Translations under genes and position numbers: made by a program
Part shown: positions 62,401 to 64,000 of the stretch, piece by piece
How the letters are laid out: each line of letters opens with the position of its first letter
Position numbering within the stretch: the first letter of the stretch is position 1
The notes under the pieces: generated by a model
Told to the model about the DNA's origin: nothing
Seen by the model: only the letters and a program-made list of their open reading frames with translations
Databases searched by the model: none
Assembly: GCA_964505555.1 (NCBI GenBank)
Contig: CAZDIO010000125.1
Coordinates: forward strand, 3,088 to 67,087
Source of the DNA: an uncultured Bdellovibrionales bacterium
GTDB lineage: Bacteria > Bdellovibrionota_C > UBA2361 > SZUA-149 > CAZDIO01
DNA: 64,000 nt
Direction: 5' to 3'

Positions 62401-62565
62401 AACGACTGGACCCATCGGGCGCCAAAATACCTCAGCCTCTTACAACATGTTGCCGGAGTTTTTTCCAAAGGAGATCTCTATCCTCACCTTTCTTCACGTC
62501 GGACACTCCTTAGCAGCATTCGACCCGATCAGGAGAAGAGAATTATCACCACTCCTCTCCCCTAG
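59407..62565 (+). CDS. Glycogen/starch-synthase-like GT5 glycosyltransferase with a ~460-aa N-terminal extension of unknown function
   Basis: Residues ~470-1000 align with GlgA (IVFIAPEGPHANAGGLGQV…; the C-terminal GT1 half has PSRYEPGGITQLEAL). The canonical K-T-G-G-L motif reads N-A-G-G-L. Confidence 0.65.
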   Translation: MDDQTPPALIKRAEEIRLKFEIRDTSLISALRQISFIGESTKKVTSVSQKTQTTEVIFGNFVPNNSFLTFSGVIHNRFRVNFRVHAETRTYREIISFLYAQCASSFVRSSLKNASAADKELILSSLRNEQHQLDGESPARDRKSPIAVYPEDFQVIDDDPFDLVLREQEFAAIRKRKSSRTTQQGNVSPRSILRNRRFRVFDRSSTESAIVPATIILSLEKAPTSVKLKSAGRSLRSSTSLEQDFARAENFRFLCTPDIKIKTDCVEASVEVETSAETLEALECYLRWGRYGDSDSLWVDEQLFPEDFTRTNQNIYRVTKTISPHHAGQYGVTFYVRYANHGKKYWLGRPYIDDGQFYLENGFPNSSPQNQLIEQISHLSFQTELIQSMLSFESFVKTIEGLSKEKLCRGLGRALFEITRDDEGLRALLSEYYELALRHLSEEHESSEKRLYQLVTTTLQNIGIGEIVFIAPEGPHANAGGLGQVIIGLMQSLNRTGISTTLITPLYEQSQGNKHTSAAKLLREGLTINNRKVPLGLIGNVEVVFGPTRFSGTSLIKEHAQTIAVQVYLAEYENVKIFFLRHKRYASKLYSAGSSEELLRRAIFLSRGALELLSNPRFGVRPHILITNDWLTGLVPVFLKTDPKYSFGQQLHGVETAHILHNCGRAYQGRLFVNQYGEDLWPILGLSDEHFFGLCDPHDRNYFNLTAGAIFHVERALVAVSKPYAEELFTKEGGEGLHEMLQKKSKVLFGISNGVDMQSLHHVLWELGESARSVFEQNTNTPEHYSQERLLLRLPSYKEALKRNVQRKSGLAENQEAVLISLVGRLAEQKGIGLLTQKIEKENCTVLELILRTHRQTQLIIAGPPSEGDPAFLRLVTTLRDLAKRYPNRIQGIFDFVTHGEALEITGASDLFLMPSRYEPGGITQLEALATGTLVVARNVGGISATLVDYGKNTDLGNAFLFEEYTPEAFLRAIVRGIEVAGDRKMRDHLMLKAAVSENDWTHRAPKYLSLLQHVAGVFSKGDLYPHLSSRRTLLSSIRPDQEKRIITTPLP

Positions 62566-62617
62566 TTCTCAACTAAAACTGTGAAAACTTCTCACGGTCA
62601 TTACGTTAAGGATTTTT

Positions 62618-62716
62618 TATAGAACCACAGAGGCGCAGAGACATAGAGACATAGAGACATAGAGAAGATCAATAAAATCCCTTTCCTCTGTGTCTCTGCG
62701 CCTCTGTGGTTCTATA
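62618..62716. repeat. Palindromic dispersed repeat, copy B (long variant with 3x CATAGAGA microsatellite)
   Basis: tatagaaccacagaggcgcagagaca (tagagaca x3) gaagatcaataaaatc cctttcc tctgtgtctctgcgcctctgtggttctata. The 26-bp terminal IR is perfect. Confidence 0.8.
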
Positions 62717-62754
62717 AATCTTCTTTCAGATCCGTCACTTCATGGCCGTGAGAA

Positions 62755-63993
62755 TTACCACACCCCAGGCACAAACATCCATCGTACTTTCTTTTTATAT
62801 AAGAGGTAATCAGCATCCTGCTTAAGATGTCGCTCTTCGGTCCAGGCACGAAGTCCGTAGATGAGAACAAGTATAAACATCCGTGTCAGCGCTCGTGTTT
62901 GGAACATGCCTGCTTCAATTCCCCAAAGAAGCACCTTTGATGCATAGGCCGGATGACGAACAACCCCGTAAGGTCCAGAAGTAACGATACCACGATTAGT
63001 AAGATTTGAGCTTCGCACTCCAAGTGCAATAGTTGCCCAAAGATAAATGCCCCAAAGAATCGTAATGAGCACAACAGCAAAATCTTGAACTATTGGAGAC
63101 AACACCTCAGAAAGAGCTCCCCCCGGACCGGCATCAAGAGAGAGGTCAAAAAGCTGAAAAGAGAAATGACTAAAGGGGGGATAACACATCACACACACTA
63201 TCCAGCCAAGAAGTGTTGGCTCAACAGAGCGGATCTGATTTTTTAGTTGTGGAAGCTCAACTACATAACCAAAAGTAAAGATCGTCACATCAATAAGAAT
63301 AAAAAGTGAAACCAGATAACTGTTGATCTGCCGAAATTCCCATTGAAACGACTGCACGAAACTCCATTGGTGAATAAACCCCCCGATCATCCAACTACTT
63401 AACAAAGGAAGAAAAAACACCTTCACCGCAATCGCCAAAGCTCCGGTCTTACTTAAGGCACTCCAATAACAACGACCCCCCTCCTCGCTTCGCCCAAACG
63501 ATAAAAATGAAAAAACACTTCGGAGAAGATGCCAATACTTATCCGTCTGCGGATCAGGCTTGATGTAGCGAGTAAGGACAAAAAGGTTTGCAAGCATCAT
63601 GTAAACGTAGAGCGGATCGGCAAGATAGAGAATAAATTGCTCAACATCATTCGCCCCAAAATAAAACCAGGTAAGCACGGTTGTCAGTGCGCGGTGAAGC
63701 CATTTTCCAAAGTGGTTATCTGAAAACAATTCAGGGGTAATATGCGGCAAGAGCGCATCTGGGATCACATAGAGTGTCTTTAATAAAAAAAAGAGCAGAG
63801 AGATCACAAACACACTAAAGGTAAAGCGAATCAGTGAAACGCTCAACAGTGACGCTGACAGAGACTCTGACCCCGACCCTTCCTCTTGAGGGTTATTTTT
63901 TCCGGGGAGAGAAACGAAAACCAAAAAAACAAGGGTCGTTAGAAAAAAGATTCGCCCAAGAAATAGCTGAAACGCGGGAGAAGTATCAAACAC
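62755..63993 (-). CDS. Polytopic membrane protein with a C-terminal ICMT/PEMT-type methyltransferase domain
   Basis: The C-terminus IVTSGPYGVVRHPAYASKVLLW…EERHL is the isoprenylcysteine/phospholipid methyltransferase family signature. The N-terminal ~250 aa are multi-TM. The start is near the window edge. Confidence 0.6.
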   Translation of the reverse strand: MFDTSPAFQLFLGRIFFLTTLVFLVFVSLPGKNNPQEEGSGSESLSASLLSVSLIRFTFSVFVISLLFFLLKTLYVIPDALLPHITPELFSDNHFGKWLHRALTTVLTWFYFGANDVEQFILYLADPLYVYMMLANLFVLTRYIKPDPQTDKYWHLLRSVFSFLSFGRSEEGGRCYWSALSKTGALAIAVKVFFLPLLSSWMIGGFIHQWSFVQSFQWEFRQINSYLVSLFILIDVTIFTFGYVVELPQLKNQIRSVEPTLLGWIVCVMCYPPFSHFSFQLFDLSLDAGPGGALSEVLSPIVQDFAVVLITILWGIYLWATIALGVRSSNLTNRGIVTSGPYGVVRHPAYASKVLLWGIEAGMFQTRALTRMFILVLIYGLRAWTEERHLKQDADYLLYKKKVRWMFVPGVW

Positions 63994-64000
63994 CCATCCT

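Noticed and set aside
62630-62665. Possible CRISPR-like or tandem repeat array (catagaga x3)
   Set aside because: It is an 8-bp microsatellite inside one arm of palindromic repeat copy B, with no spacers and no cas genes.

Overview
This is a 64 kb chromosomal segment from a Gram-negative (diderm) bacterium at roughly 50% GC, densely coding and mostly on the minus strand. In order it carries: kdpB (5'-partial), kdpA, kdpF and an upstream OMP gene, divergent from kdpD and kdpE; gcvT-gcvH-gcvP with folD; ald; minC, minD, minE; gltX followed by tRNA-Gln and tRNA-Glu; a lone AT-rich Y1 (HUH) IS200/RAYT-like transposase gene; an ECF sigma factor; gmk and yicC; a large LPS inner-core/heptose cluster (hldA, two GT2, two GT9 heptosyltransferases, a Kdo/LPS kinase, an epimerase, gmhB); the complete Pho regulon phoB-phoR-pstS-pstC-pstA-pstB-phoU followed by a four-gene MASE1/REC/PAS/HK signalling cluster; a TM0106-type RecB-like nuclease; mutY; a secreted tyrosine phosphatase; a DUF3999/DUF2339 pair; an NMO-family oxidoreductase; a tandem USP; a 1052-aa glycogen-synthase-like protein with a long N-terminal extension; and a 5'-partial membrane methyltransferase gene. 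Two things stand out. First, at 32.9-37.0 kb, two tandem paralogous ~60-aa Flp/type-IV-pilin-like membrane peptides are flanked by two divergently oriented paralogous proteins that look like radical-SAM SPL/COG1533 enzymes lacking the Fe-S cysteines, next to an M48 protease. Second, four copies of a palindromic REP/MITE-like repeat family sit in intergenic sites at 45.8, 49.0, 51.1 and 62.6 kb; the Y1 transposase at 20 kb is a candidate RAYT for them. I found no CRISPR array, rRNA or prophage.
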